NCBI RefSeq assembly: GCF_030028105.1
Contig: NC_092397.1
Location: 19,168,630-19,232,629, forward strand
From: Mobula birostris
Taxonomy: Eukaryota
Length of the DNA stretch: 64,000 nucleotides
Direction of reading: 5' to 3'
Part shown: in pieces, positions 53,210 through 64,000 of the stretch
How positions within the stretch are numbered: the first letter of the stretch is position 1
How the letters are laid out: each line of letters begins with the position of its first letter
Notes under the pieces: generated by a model
The model's input: the letters and a program-made list of their open reading frames with translations, nothing else
Databases searched by the model: none
Told to the model about the DNA's origin: nothing
Program-made: the position numbers and the translations under genes

Positions 53210-53530
53210 ACCTGAGGCAGAGAGCCGGTGCAGTGAGGCGCTGACAGACACTCACTGTTCCGCGGGCAGGAAAGGGAGAGGCCGAAACCCCAACAAGTCG
53301 AGACCGACTCCACCATCCCGGACTTACCGCCCACCCCGGACCGTTCCCCAGGAAACGACGTCGCTGAAGGTGGGGCTTTGTGACGTCAGCGCGTCACGGG
53401 GCAACAATCACAACGTGTCACGTGACAATGACACGGCAGCCGGGGAGGCGGGGCAGAGGGAGCTGTCAATCAGCAGAGCGGCTGAAAAACTTGTCACCAT
53501 TATAAACAGAATGGGGAGAGCGGGAGATTT
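53210..53530. promoter_or_regulatory. CpG-rich promoter-like island with CRE and E-box palindromes
   Basis: TGACGTCA at 53381-53388, TGTCACGTGACA at 53416-53427, GGCGGGG near 53446; minus-strand splice-donor-like GTAAGT at about 53322-53327. Confidence 0.5.
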
Positions 53531-53989
53531 CCAGGGACGTGACCCACTCCCCCATTCCCTGGAATTGAGTGTGTTATACACAGTAATATTCATATTGTAA
53601 TTTAGCTCTTCGATCTTATAAATATGTCATGTTTGTATTTTCTATATTTTTGTGTGGATAATCTTTTTATAATTTTGGATAAAATATGTTGGAACTAGAT
53701 CATGAAAAAAGAGCGTCACGGAAAAATATTGTCAAAGCCAAAATTTTATCCAAAGTAAGTTGTTATCACACTGCGCATATGTCACCATATTGTTCAAAGT
53801 TCAAATTAAAATTTATTCTCACAGTCCATACATGTCATCCCAGACAACCCTGAGAATCTTGTTCTGCGGGCAATCTTAACAAATCTATAGAACAGTAACT
53901 GTGAACTGTAAATATGAGGAACTATAAACAAATTGTGTAAATGCAGAGAAATAAATAGCAATAAATTACAAGCATGAAATAACGATATA

Positions 53990-56040
53990 ACAGTGGTGAC
54001 ATGAGTGTTTTGTTCAAGACACTGATGGTTGAGGGGTAGTAACTGTTCTTGAACCTGGTGGGGCGAGTCCTGAGGTACCTGTACCTTCTACCTGATGGTA
54101 ACAGTGAGAAAAGATCGTTGCCTGGGTGGTGAGGATCTTTGCTGATGGACACTGCTTTCCTACGGCAATGTTTCATGTAGATGTGCTCAGTGGTTGTGAG
54201 GGTTTTACCCGTGATATACTGGGCCGACTCCACTACCCTTTGCAGGATTTCCCACTCAAAGGCATTGGTGTTCCTATACCAGGCCGTAATGCAGCCAGTC
54301 AGCACACCTTCCACCACACATTTATATAAGTTTGCCAAGGTTTTCAATGACATGCTGAACATCCGCAGAGTCCTGAGGAAGTAGAGCGCTGTTGTGCTTT
54401 CTTCACAATTATATTTATGCGATGGGTCCAGGACAGATCCTCTGAGTGAGTGACACACATGCATTTAAAGTTACTGACCCTCTCCACCTCTGATCGTCCT
54501 TTGATTACTAGCTCATGGACCTTTGGTTTCTCCCTCCTGAAGTCTATAATCCGTCCCTTGGTCTTACTGACATTGAGTGAGGGGTCGTTGTTATTACACC
54601 ACTCAGCAAAGTTTTCAATCTCCCTCTCGTTTGCTGATTCATCACCACCTTTGATTGTCGTGTAATCAGCAAACTTGTATATGGTGTTGGAGCTGTACTC
54701 AGTTACACAGTCATAGGTGTAAAGTGAGTAGAGCTGGGGGCTAAGCACACTTCATTGTGGTGCTCCTGTGCTGATAGAGATTGTGGAGAAGCTGTTTTTG
54801 CTAATCTGAACTGACTTGGATCTGCAACTGAGGAAATCCAGGATCCAATTGCACAAGGGGGTATTGAGGCCCAGGTCTGGGAGTTTACTGATCAGTTTTG
54901 AGGGGATGACAGTGTTATGTGCTGATCTGTAATCAATAAAGGGCATCCAGATGTTTGCATCTTTGCTGTCCAGATGTTCCATAGTTGTGTGAAGAGACAA
55001 CGAGACAGCATCTGCTGTTGCTTCGGTAGGTGAATTGGAGAGGATCCAAGTCACCATTCAGACAAGAGCTGATATGCTTCAACACCAGCCTCTCAAAACA
55101 CTTCATCACTGTGGATGTAAGTGCCACTGGGCAATAGTCATTTAAACAGGTTACCACGCTCCTGTTGGGCACCGATATGATTGAAACTTCCTTGAAGTAG
55201 GTGGGTTCCACACACTGCCAGATCGAGAGGTTGAAGGTATCCGTGAATACACCAGCCAGCTGGTCAGCACAGGTCTTCAGTACTCGGCCAGGTACTCCAT
55301 CCAGACCGGATGCTTTCCTTGGATTCACTCCCTTGAAGGCAGCCTGCACGTCATCTTCAGATACTGAGACCAAATGACCATCGGGAGACACGGGCGTGCA
55401 CGATGGTTCCTCCCTCTTCTGGTGGACAAAGTGAGCATAGAAGGCATTGAACTCGTCTGGAACCGAAGCTCTGCTGTCTCCTTTGTCACATGATTTACCT
55501 TTGTAGGAGGTTTTGACATATAAACCCTGCCGTGGCTGTCAAGCATCCCTCTTTTATTCCAGTCTAGTCCGGAATCTCCACGTTGCCTGAGAGATCATTT
55601 CTGGAGATCAAACCTGCACTTCTTATAGCATTCCAGATCTCCAGACTTGAATGCCTCTGACCTGGAACTCAGCAGGTTCCGGATCTCATTGCTCATCCAG
55701 GCCTACTGATTTGGGAAAACCCTGAATGATTTTATGGGGACACACGACTCCACAGCTGTTTTAGTAAAGTCTGTAGTGACCCCGGTGTCGTTCTTCAGGT
55801 CCTGAGATGAGTTCACGAACATGGCTCAGCCTGCTGACTCAAGGCAATCCTGTAACCGTTCCTCAGCCTCCCAACACCACCCCTCAGTTATCTTGATCTC
55901 TGGAGCCTTGTTCCTTAGGCTCTGTCTGTGTGCAGGTAGGAGGAGTACAGCCAAATGATCCTACTTAATGAAATGTGGTCTTGGGAGAAAACGATAGACA
56001 TTCCTTATTGTAGTGTAGCAGTGGTCTCCTGTGTTGGGAC
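53990..56040 (-). mobile_element. Rex1/Babar-type LINE, RT region, frameshifted
   Basis: KASGLDGVPGRVLKTCADQLAGVFTDTFNLS, LNDYCPVALTS.VMKCFERLV, TGAPQ, LSPQLYSLYT.DC, KFADYTT and LYFLRTLRMF. Confidence 0.85.
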
Positions 56041-56259
56041 CTCTGACGCAACAGGTTACTACTTTCAGATTCATTTTCTTTCAGGTATTTACAGGAAAAT
56101 GAAGACAGTGGAATTTATGAAAACTATAAACAGCAAAGACTGACAGACAACCAATGTGCAAAAGAAGACAGATCATGCAAATACTAAAACATAAATATTA
56201 CTGTGCAATTCAGTTGTGGAGTACTTGAAAGTGGGTCTGCAGGTTATGGAATCAGTTCA

Positions 56260-57310
56260 GTGAAGATACCTACGCCATTTGAAGAGCATGACTGGTGTAG
56301 GGTAATAACTCTTCCTGAACCTGGTGGTATGGGACCTAAGGCTCCTGTACGTCCTTCCCGATGGCAGCAGTGGAAGAGAGCATGAGGTGGCTGAAGGATG
56401 TTGTTGATGATGGATGCAGCTTTCTTGTAGAAGTGCTGCTTGTAAATGTACTGAATGATGGGGAGGGCTTTGCCTGTGATGAACTGGGATGCATCCACCA
56501 GTTAGAAACATGGAAAACCTGCAGCACAATACAGGCCCTTCGGCCCACGATGCCGTGCCAAACCTCTACCTATTTTAGAAATTACCTGGCATTCCCCAGA
56601 GCCCTTTGTTTTTCTAAGCTCCAAGTACCTATCTCGGAGTCTGTGAAAATACTCTATTGTATCCGCCTCCACTACCTTTGCCGGTAGCCTATTCCACGCA
56701 CTCACCACGCTCTGGTAAAAAAAATTACACCTGACATCTCCACAAATTTCATGTAGACATTTTCCTTTCCATTCCTGATCATTGTGCTTCCATATCAGGC
56801 CATGATGAAACCAGTCAGGTCACTCTCCACTCTGCATCTATATCTGTCAAAGTTTGAGATGTCACGCTGATTACACACAGGTAGAGTCACTGCCCTGCCT
56901 GCTTTATAGTGACACTTACTGCTAGTCCCAGGACAGACCCTCTGAAATGATAATGCTCAGAAATTTAATGTTGCTGACTCTCTCCACCTCCAGTCCCCTG
57001 ATGATGACTGGCTCATGGATCTCCGGTTTCCTGCCCCTGTGGTCAGTGATCAGCTCTTTGGTTTTGCTGATATTGAGTGAGAGGTTGTCGTTGTGGCACC
57101 ATTCAACCAGATCCTCCATCTCCCTCCTGAGGGCAAATTTGTCACCACCTTTGATTCATCCAACAACAGTGGTGTCATCTGCAAACTTAAATATGGCATT
57201 GGGGTTGTACATAGGCACACAATCACAGGTATAAAGTGAGTAGAGTCGTGGGCCAAGCACAACCTTGTGGTGCACCAGTGCTGATGGTGATTGTGGAGGA
57301 GATGTTGTTG
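56260..57310 (-). mobile_element. Rex1/Babar-type LINE 3' fragment with a CR1 tail insert (about 56500-56740)
   Basis: WCHNDNLSLNISKTKELI and LLPSGRTYRSLRSHTTRFRKSYYP. Confidence 0.7.
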
Positions 57311-58879
57311 ACTCTGAATGCAAAGTCTTCACCGTGCAGGGAAATAGAAATTACAACTGAGGAAGAAGATTACATTAAAATCAGCAAAATATAAGAATGA
57401 AAATTAGTTACTTTTCTCACAGAAATGTGAAAACAGGGGGCCCACTTGTCCATGCTGACATTTGTCAGTCCGCAAGGAGTATTGTGAGCAATGCTGGGCC
57501 CTTCATCCAAGGAATGATGTGTTTGCATCGGAGAGGGTCCGGAGCAGGTTGACATGAATGACCCCAGGAATGAAAAGGTTAACACATTAGGAGCATTTGA
57601 TGGCTCTGGGCCTGTACTTGCTGGAGTTCATAAGAATGAGAAGAGAGTGACATTATAACCACTTGAGTGAACGTGGAGTGGATGTTTCCTGTGGTGGGTT
57701 AGTCCAGCACCAGATGGCACAACCTCAGAATAGAAGGATGTCTCTTCAGGAAAGAGATAAGAAGACATTTCTTTAGCCAGAGGGTCATGTACAAGTTCAC
57801 ACCCTCCCTCCCCCACAATATCCCAGCTGTCAGACCTGTGTCCACACCTGTATCTACCCCTTTGTAGACTCCTCACCGCTCTTCACAGCTCAGTTCCCAT
57901 CAGTGTTTGTGATCAGCAAGTTCAGAAATCACGGTCAGCTCTCATTTTCCCCAACCCCCTGTGATAGAGCGGCTTTTCAAACGTGTCCTGGACATCTCGG
58001 TTCAGTGCGTCCCCGGGACCCCTTGTCCACAGTTGGTGTTACAGCTTCAACCACTGAAATGTGTTTGTTAAACCTGGAGTCACTTTCACCAGACTCTGTT
58101 GACCTTGCCTGATGGTTTTGTCAGTTGGCAAAAAATTCCTGCTTTTCTACAGCTCCAAATGATTTCTTGGTACAAGTGGTGAACACTCAGGTCTGGAATT
58201 TCCTGTTTTCTGCTTTTGCTTCAGACTACAGAATCTGCAGTTTTTATTGTAATTATTTACTTCTCTTCTATTTACTTATTTTTCTCCGATTTGGAGCAAA
58301 GGAGTTACTCAAAGTGCTCTTCCCTCCAGACACAGACTGGTTTTGAACCCTGTCGTTGTTTCCATCTCCTATCGTGTCTGGATTTTAGTCTCTGATACTC
58401 CAGCACTTGGGTCCTGACCGTCCTCACCCAGGTCTGCCGTCACTGACGAAGTTTATTGATATGGTTCATATAGGCCTCAGTCAGGCCATTTGGCAATTTG
58501 GATCCAGAATTGGCTTTGCAATAGGAGACAGAGTGATGGCAGAGAGTAGTTTTGTGATCAGATGCTGGTGACAAGTGTTGTTCCACATGGATCTGTTCTG
58601 GGACCCTTGCTGTTTGTGACACAACTGAGTGATTTGGGAGTGGATGTAGGAACCGTGAGCAGTAAGTTCACACTGACTGTGAGATGATGGAGTTATTGCT
58701 GGTGTGGATGGTCATCTTTGGCTAAAGTGTGACATCGATGTGTTGATGAAATGAGCCGAGACCAAAACAAATAGATCAGTTGGTGTGAGAATCGGGATTT
58801 CCCATCAAACAATCCCAAAACTCCCATGGGGGAGATCAGAGGGATAATGTGTGTCAACACTACAACAGTCTCATGAAGA

Positions 58880-59192
58880 GAAAGCGACAACCCTTTCCTC
58901 TTCCAGGTTAGTGGCTTTTAAAAGAGTCTTTTGTTGTGTTTGCTGCTGAGGCCAGGCTGAGGCTCGCTTCCGGCGGATGCGACGAGCCAACTGAATGTCT
59001 TTGGGCACAAGGGTGACTCGCTTGGTGTGGAAGGTTCAAAGAGCCCGACCAGGTAAGCCTCGTTAATCTCCTCCAGGCCTTTGATGGCCAAGCTCTGGAA
59101 GCATAGATCGGTTTTGAAGTCCTGCCTGATCTTCTGCACCAGATGCTGGAAGGGAAGTTTGCGGATGAGCAGCTCGGTGGATTTCTAGTAGC
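58880..59192 (-). pseudogene. H3: 5'-truncated histone H3 pseudogene with broken stem-loop
   Basis: Minus strand [52 protein letters not shown]; internal deletion, stop lost, stem-loop GACTCTTTTAAAAGCC at 58913-58928; 3' flank matches 32730-32800. Confidence 0.88.
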
Positions 59193-59205
59193 ATTGGTTC
59201 CCTGT

Positions 59206-59390
59206 CAGAGTCACAGTGATGGGCCGATAGCTCCCCAAGAATACCCACACAGACACCCAGGGATATTCAGTGCTCCTTTACACTTATCAATTATTTACAG
59301 AGTCACAGTGATGGGCCTGTAGTGCCCCAACAATACGTACACAGACACCCAAGAATATTCGGTGCTCCTTTACATTTATCAATTATTTTA
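59206..59390. repeat. Tandem duplication of a roughly 92-bp unit
   Basis: CAGAGTCACAGTGATGGGCC...GTGCTCCTTTACAYTTATCAATTATTT occurs at 59206-59297 and 59298-59390. Confidence 0.8.
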
Positions 59391-60528
59391 CTGATATGGT
59401 GCTTCCATGTCAGCTTATAATCCAGCCACATGCCAGAAAATCTTACCACTGACACTTATTCAAGAGTTTGACCATATAATTTCAAATCAATTGCTATTGA
59501 GGAAGATATGGATGAATAAAGAGGTCTATTGATCATCTTTGTAAAACACAAAATGTATCTTAGCTACTGAAAGCTTTAAACCCTGTCTATATTCCCACTG
59601 TTTGACCTTATTAATCACTAATCACATTCTATATACAATTGAATTGAATTTTCTACCTCTGATCCATAAATCTGCATCATCTGCAAAAAGTCATTTCCCC
59701 ATCCCAGTACCTATCTCAGAAAAAATATCACTAATCATAATATTACACAATAAACAATAAAGGGCTACAAATACTGTCTTATGGGGTCCCATTCTCCACC
59801 ACATAGAAGCCCAAATATACCTTACGTATCCTTAACTGCCTGGAGCATACAAATAAAAAACTCAGAAAAAAATAATGTAGCCTTCTTCTCACTCCACATT
59901 TCTATAATTTAATCCTTTCATAACATATCATATGTTTTTTTCAATACAAAAATACTGCAATTACATCTTCTTTATTTAGATGTGCTTTCCCAATATCATC
60001 TTCCAAACATAAAACCGAATCCAATGTCATTCTACACTTTCAAAATCCACGCTGATAAAATGCTCCATCACCTCTCTTTTCCAAAATATAATTCAACAAC
60101 TCTATTACCATACGTTCTGTAAGTTTACCGAAATGAGATGGGATGTTAATGATATTGGTCTATAATTAGAAGGATCCTGTGGGGATTTCCAGGTTTCAGA
60201 ACAGGTACTACCATTTTCTATGAGGAGGAAATATGGTCTAAACTCCAAATATGATTCCAAATTGTTAATATTATCTCAAGAGTTGTAAGCTATATGTTTA
60301 AACATACAATCCTACAGCCATCTGACTTGCACTGTTAATAGCTTTCTTACATTCACACAGATAAACTCTACGTAACTAATACTATCATTGTTACAGCTGG
60401 CTTTCAACACATCAGTGTATTCACTTAAAAGCTGATCTCGACATCATTTAGGCTCTTCACTTAAATTATCTTGATTGTGACTTGCAGCAAATGACAAAGC
60501 CAGTAACTCAACCTTCTCTATTTCAGTA

Positions 60529-61543
60529 GAGGGGGTACATTCAGATTGGAGGATCGTGACAAGTGGTGTCCCACAAGGATCTGTTCTGCGTCCTCTACTT
60601 TTCCTGATTTTTATTGACGACCTGGATGTGGGGGTAGAAGGGTGGGTTGGCAAGTTTGCAGATGACACAAATGTTGGTGGTGTAGTAGACAGTGTAGAGG
60701 ATTGTCAAAGATTGCAGAGAGACATTGATAGGATGCAGAAGTGGGCTGAGAAGTGGCAGATGGAGTTCAAGCCTGAGAAGTCTGAGGTGGTACACTTTGG
60801 AAGGACAAACTGCAAGGCAGAGTACGAAGTAAATGCCAGAATGCTTGGTAGTGTGGAGGAGCAGAGGGATCTGGGGGTACATGTCCACAGATTCCCTGAA
60901 AGTTGCCTCACAGGTGGATAGGGTAGTTAAGAAAGCATATGGGGTATTAGCTTTCATAAGTCCAGGGATAGAGTTTAAGAGTCACAATGTAATGATGCAG
61001 CTCTATGTAACACTGGTTAGGCCACACTTGGAGTACTGTGTCCAGTTCTGGTTGCCTCACTATAGGAAGGATGTGGAAGCATTGGAAAGGGTACAGAGGA
61101 GATTTACCAGGATGCTGCCTGGTTTAGAGAGTATGCATTATGATCAGAGATTAAGGGAGCTAGGGCTTTACTCTTTGGAGAGAAGGAGGATGAGAGGAGA
61201 CATGATAGAGGTGTACAAGATAATAAGAGGAATAGATTGAGTGGATAGCCAGTGCCTCTTCCCCAAGGCACCACTGCTCAATATAAGAGGACATGGCTTT
61301 AAGGTAAGGGGTTGGAAGTTCAAGGGGGATATTGGGAAGGTTTTTTACTCAGAGAGTGTTTGGTGCATGGAATGCACTGCCTGAGTCAGTGGTGGAGGCA
61401 GATACACTAGTAAGGTTTAAGGGACTACTAGACAGGTATATGGAGGAATTTAAGGTGGGGGCTTATATGGGAGGCAGGGTTTGAAGGTCGGCACAACATT
61501 GTGGGCCGAAGGGCCCGTACTGTGCTGTACTGTTCTATGTTCT
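60529..61543 (+). mobile_element. 5'-truncated CR1 LINE
   Basis: [16 protein letters not shown] and LVRPHLEYCVQFW; GTTCTATGTTCTA tail. Confidence 0.88.
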
Positions 61544-63010
61544 AACAATCACCTTCTTTAATCAATACTGGAATGTTATTAACCCGATGAACTCCACCCC
61601 CCGATTTTCTGAATCATTCCCCAAACACCTCCAAGTTTAGTATCCTGTCCAATACTATCACAAGATGACCTCCAGTAAACCTCTTTCACAACCTTCACCA
61701 CTTTCCTCACCACAGCTTGTACCCTTTCATACTTAATAAGGTCACTCAGAGAGTGATAATTCTCAACCCTCCCAAACACCTTATTTCTCTCCCTAATTCC
61801 CTCTGCACACTCCCCCATCCACCAAGGTGCAGTCTTCCTCCTATTAATGTCATTTTTAACAGGCATCACTTCCATCACAGTTTGATGAATAATGTGACAT
61901 AACCATTCATTGCAGAAACCCATATCATCCTCAACATTCTCCCAGTTTGCTTCATCAAAATTACACCTCCTAAAAACAGTCCCTGCACCCTATATAACTC
62001 CAAACCTAAGCTTATAAATATAGGAAAATAATCACTCCCCATTGTCTCCTCACCCATAACATCTCATTCAGTCACTCCAGCCAGAATGTTTGAAACAGGA
62101 GTTAAATTTACAGCAGTTTTCAGATGATTAGAAACATTACATTTCATACTCCTCCCATCATTAAAGCTCACAAGATTGGAAATACCTAAACATTCTTCTA
62201 TAATCAAACAGTTCCATGAATGACCCCACAGTGAACTGTGCACAAAATTCCCCAACCATACAACCCTTAGTGATCTAGAGTGACATATGCTTTCCAACAA
62301 ATCAATCAAAAGCTCTCCACAAGAGTTTTACCACTTTAGTACCCCTACCTGTTGAATCAAATGCTTCTGCTACAAACACCTCATACACTTCATTCACATC
62401 CACAACTCTGTGTCCTGCCCCTTCCCATATTAAACGTGCAACACCACCCCCTCTATCACCTAACCTATCATGCCATTTTACAATATAATTTCCTGTAAAG
62501 GAAATGCCGTAACAGCCCGGTTTCATATTGGGCCGATTTGATGAATCAGAAATAAACTTCCTAATGTCTTGACCATCAAATTTCTCTCATTCCACTGCAA
62601 TATTCTTAATCCCATTCTGTACCTGCACAAAGAGACTGAAATACAGATACCCCACCCATCAGAGCTTCTTTTACAGTTTCCCACATAACACCAGTTATAC
62701 CTAGATACCTTTCAGCAGCTTTCACAATAATTTTAATTTTCTCAGTATGTCTGGATGACTGAACAGTACAATTCACCACATCTTTTATAAAAATCACAAA
62801 CTTCATTTCATTGACTAGTAAAGTATCTTTATTAATGGACCTGTGATGTGACACATAGCCGCTGACTTCATATTCTATCTGACTGGTTATACTTGATCAA
62901 CATTTGGTTTAACTTTGTTGCAAGGCCTCTGTTTAAGACACACCTAACTGTACTTTAACCTGTTCAACCAGCTGCTTTCTTAAGTACTGTACATGGTAAC
63001 ATCCTTGTAA

Positions 63011-63791
63011 CATGGTGTGAGCTGAATTATCTGCAGTTTAATGTGAAAAAGACAAAGGAGCTGGTGGTAGACCTGAGGAGAGTTAAGGTACCGGTGACCC
63101 CTGTTTCCATCCAGGGGGTCAGTGTGGACATGGTGGAGGATTACAAATATCTAGGGATACGAATTGACAATAAACTGGACTGGTTAAAGAACACTGAGGC
63201 TGTCTACAAGAAGGGACAGAGCCATCTCTATTTCCTGAGAAGACTGAGGTTGTTTAACATCTGCCAGATGATGCTGAGGATGTTCTACAAGTCTGTGGTG
63301 GCCAGTGCTATCATGTTTGCTGTTGTGTGCTGGGGCAGCAGGCTGAGTGTAGCAGACACCAACAGAATCAACAAACTCATTTGTAACACCAGTGACGTTG
63401 TGGGGATGGAACTGGACTCTCTCACGGTGGTGTCTGAAAGGAGGATGCTGTCTAAGTTGCATGCCATCTTGGATAATGTCTCCCATCCACTACATAATGT
63501 ACTGGGTGGGCACAGGAGTACATTCAGCCAGAGACTCATTCCACCGAGATGCAACACTGAGCATCATATGAAGTCATTCCTGCCTGCGGCCATCAAACTT
63601 TACAACTCCTCCCATGGAGGGTCAGACACCCTGAGCCAATAGGCTGGTCCTGGACTTATTTCATAACTTACTGGCATAATTTACATATTACTATTAAACT
63701 ATTTATGGTTCTATTACTATTATTTATGGTGCAACTGTAATGAAAACCAATTTCCCTCGGGATCAATGAAGTATGACTATGACTATGACTA
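63011..63791 (+). mobile_element. 5'-truncated Rex1/Babar-type LINE 3' end
   Basis: KKTKELVVDLRR...YKYLG..IDNKLDW..LYFLRRLRLFN; (GACTAT)n tail at 63772-63791. Confidence 0.82.
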
Positions 63792-64000
63792 GACTGCACT
63801 ATGTTCTCCTCTACAATTACACCAGTCAAACTTTACACCTTCACAATCTTCATATTAAGTTTCCCACAACACTAACTACACCTTAGTTTCCCAGGAGATA
63901 CTGCCACAACATGCCCAAATCTCTGACATTGTGACATCTAAGCGGAGGTGGAATATGCGCTCGTGCATTATAACTAACATACTCCAGACTAACTTTACTT

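Larger units (their letters stand above)
59395..64000 (-). mobile_element. Degenerate Nimb/I-group LINE (ORF1 zinc knuckles plus ORF2), interrupted by CR1 and Rex1 inserts
   Basis: Minus strand 63790-64000 reads HIPPPLRC..CQRFGH...CNCRGEHSA (CCHC knuckles); ILQWN near 62600; KTAPWW; homologous to 11465-13150. Confidence 0.7.

Overview
Eukaryotic, vertebrate-type DNA. The repeat content and histone sequences suggest a cartilaginous fish such as a ray or shark (inference). The window is a dispersed replication-dependent histone cluster with intact H4 (5105-5416), H2B (10217-10591), H2B (19542-19916), H2A (20759-21142), H1 (31219-31899) and H3 (32808-33218, minus), each intronless with a 3' stem-loop. 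It also holds dead or orphan parts: an H4 copy with a single nonsense codon, a 5'-truncated H3, promoter-only H4 and H2A remnants, and an H4 3'-end remnant. Bases 1-5.9 kb and 33.4-39.8 kb form an inverted segmental duplication. Most other sequence is nested transposable elements (CR1, Rex1/Babar, Nimb/I-like LINEs, Tc1, Penelope-like ends, a solo LTR), plus a decayed C2H2 zinc-finger exon. The two most notable signals are a 16 x 27-bp CpG-rich array whose + frame reads as a protamine-like (KRKASQGRT)n peptide, and loop-less, apparently dimer-type hammerhead ribozyme motifs in the Penelope-like repeats. Transposon family assignments come from motif recognition only, and their boundaries are approximate.
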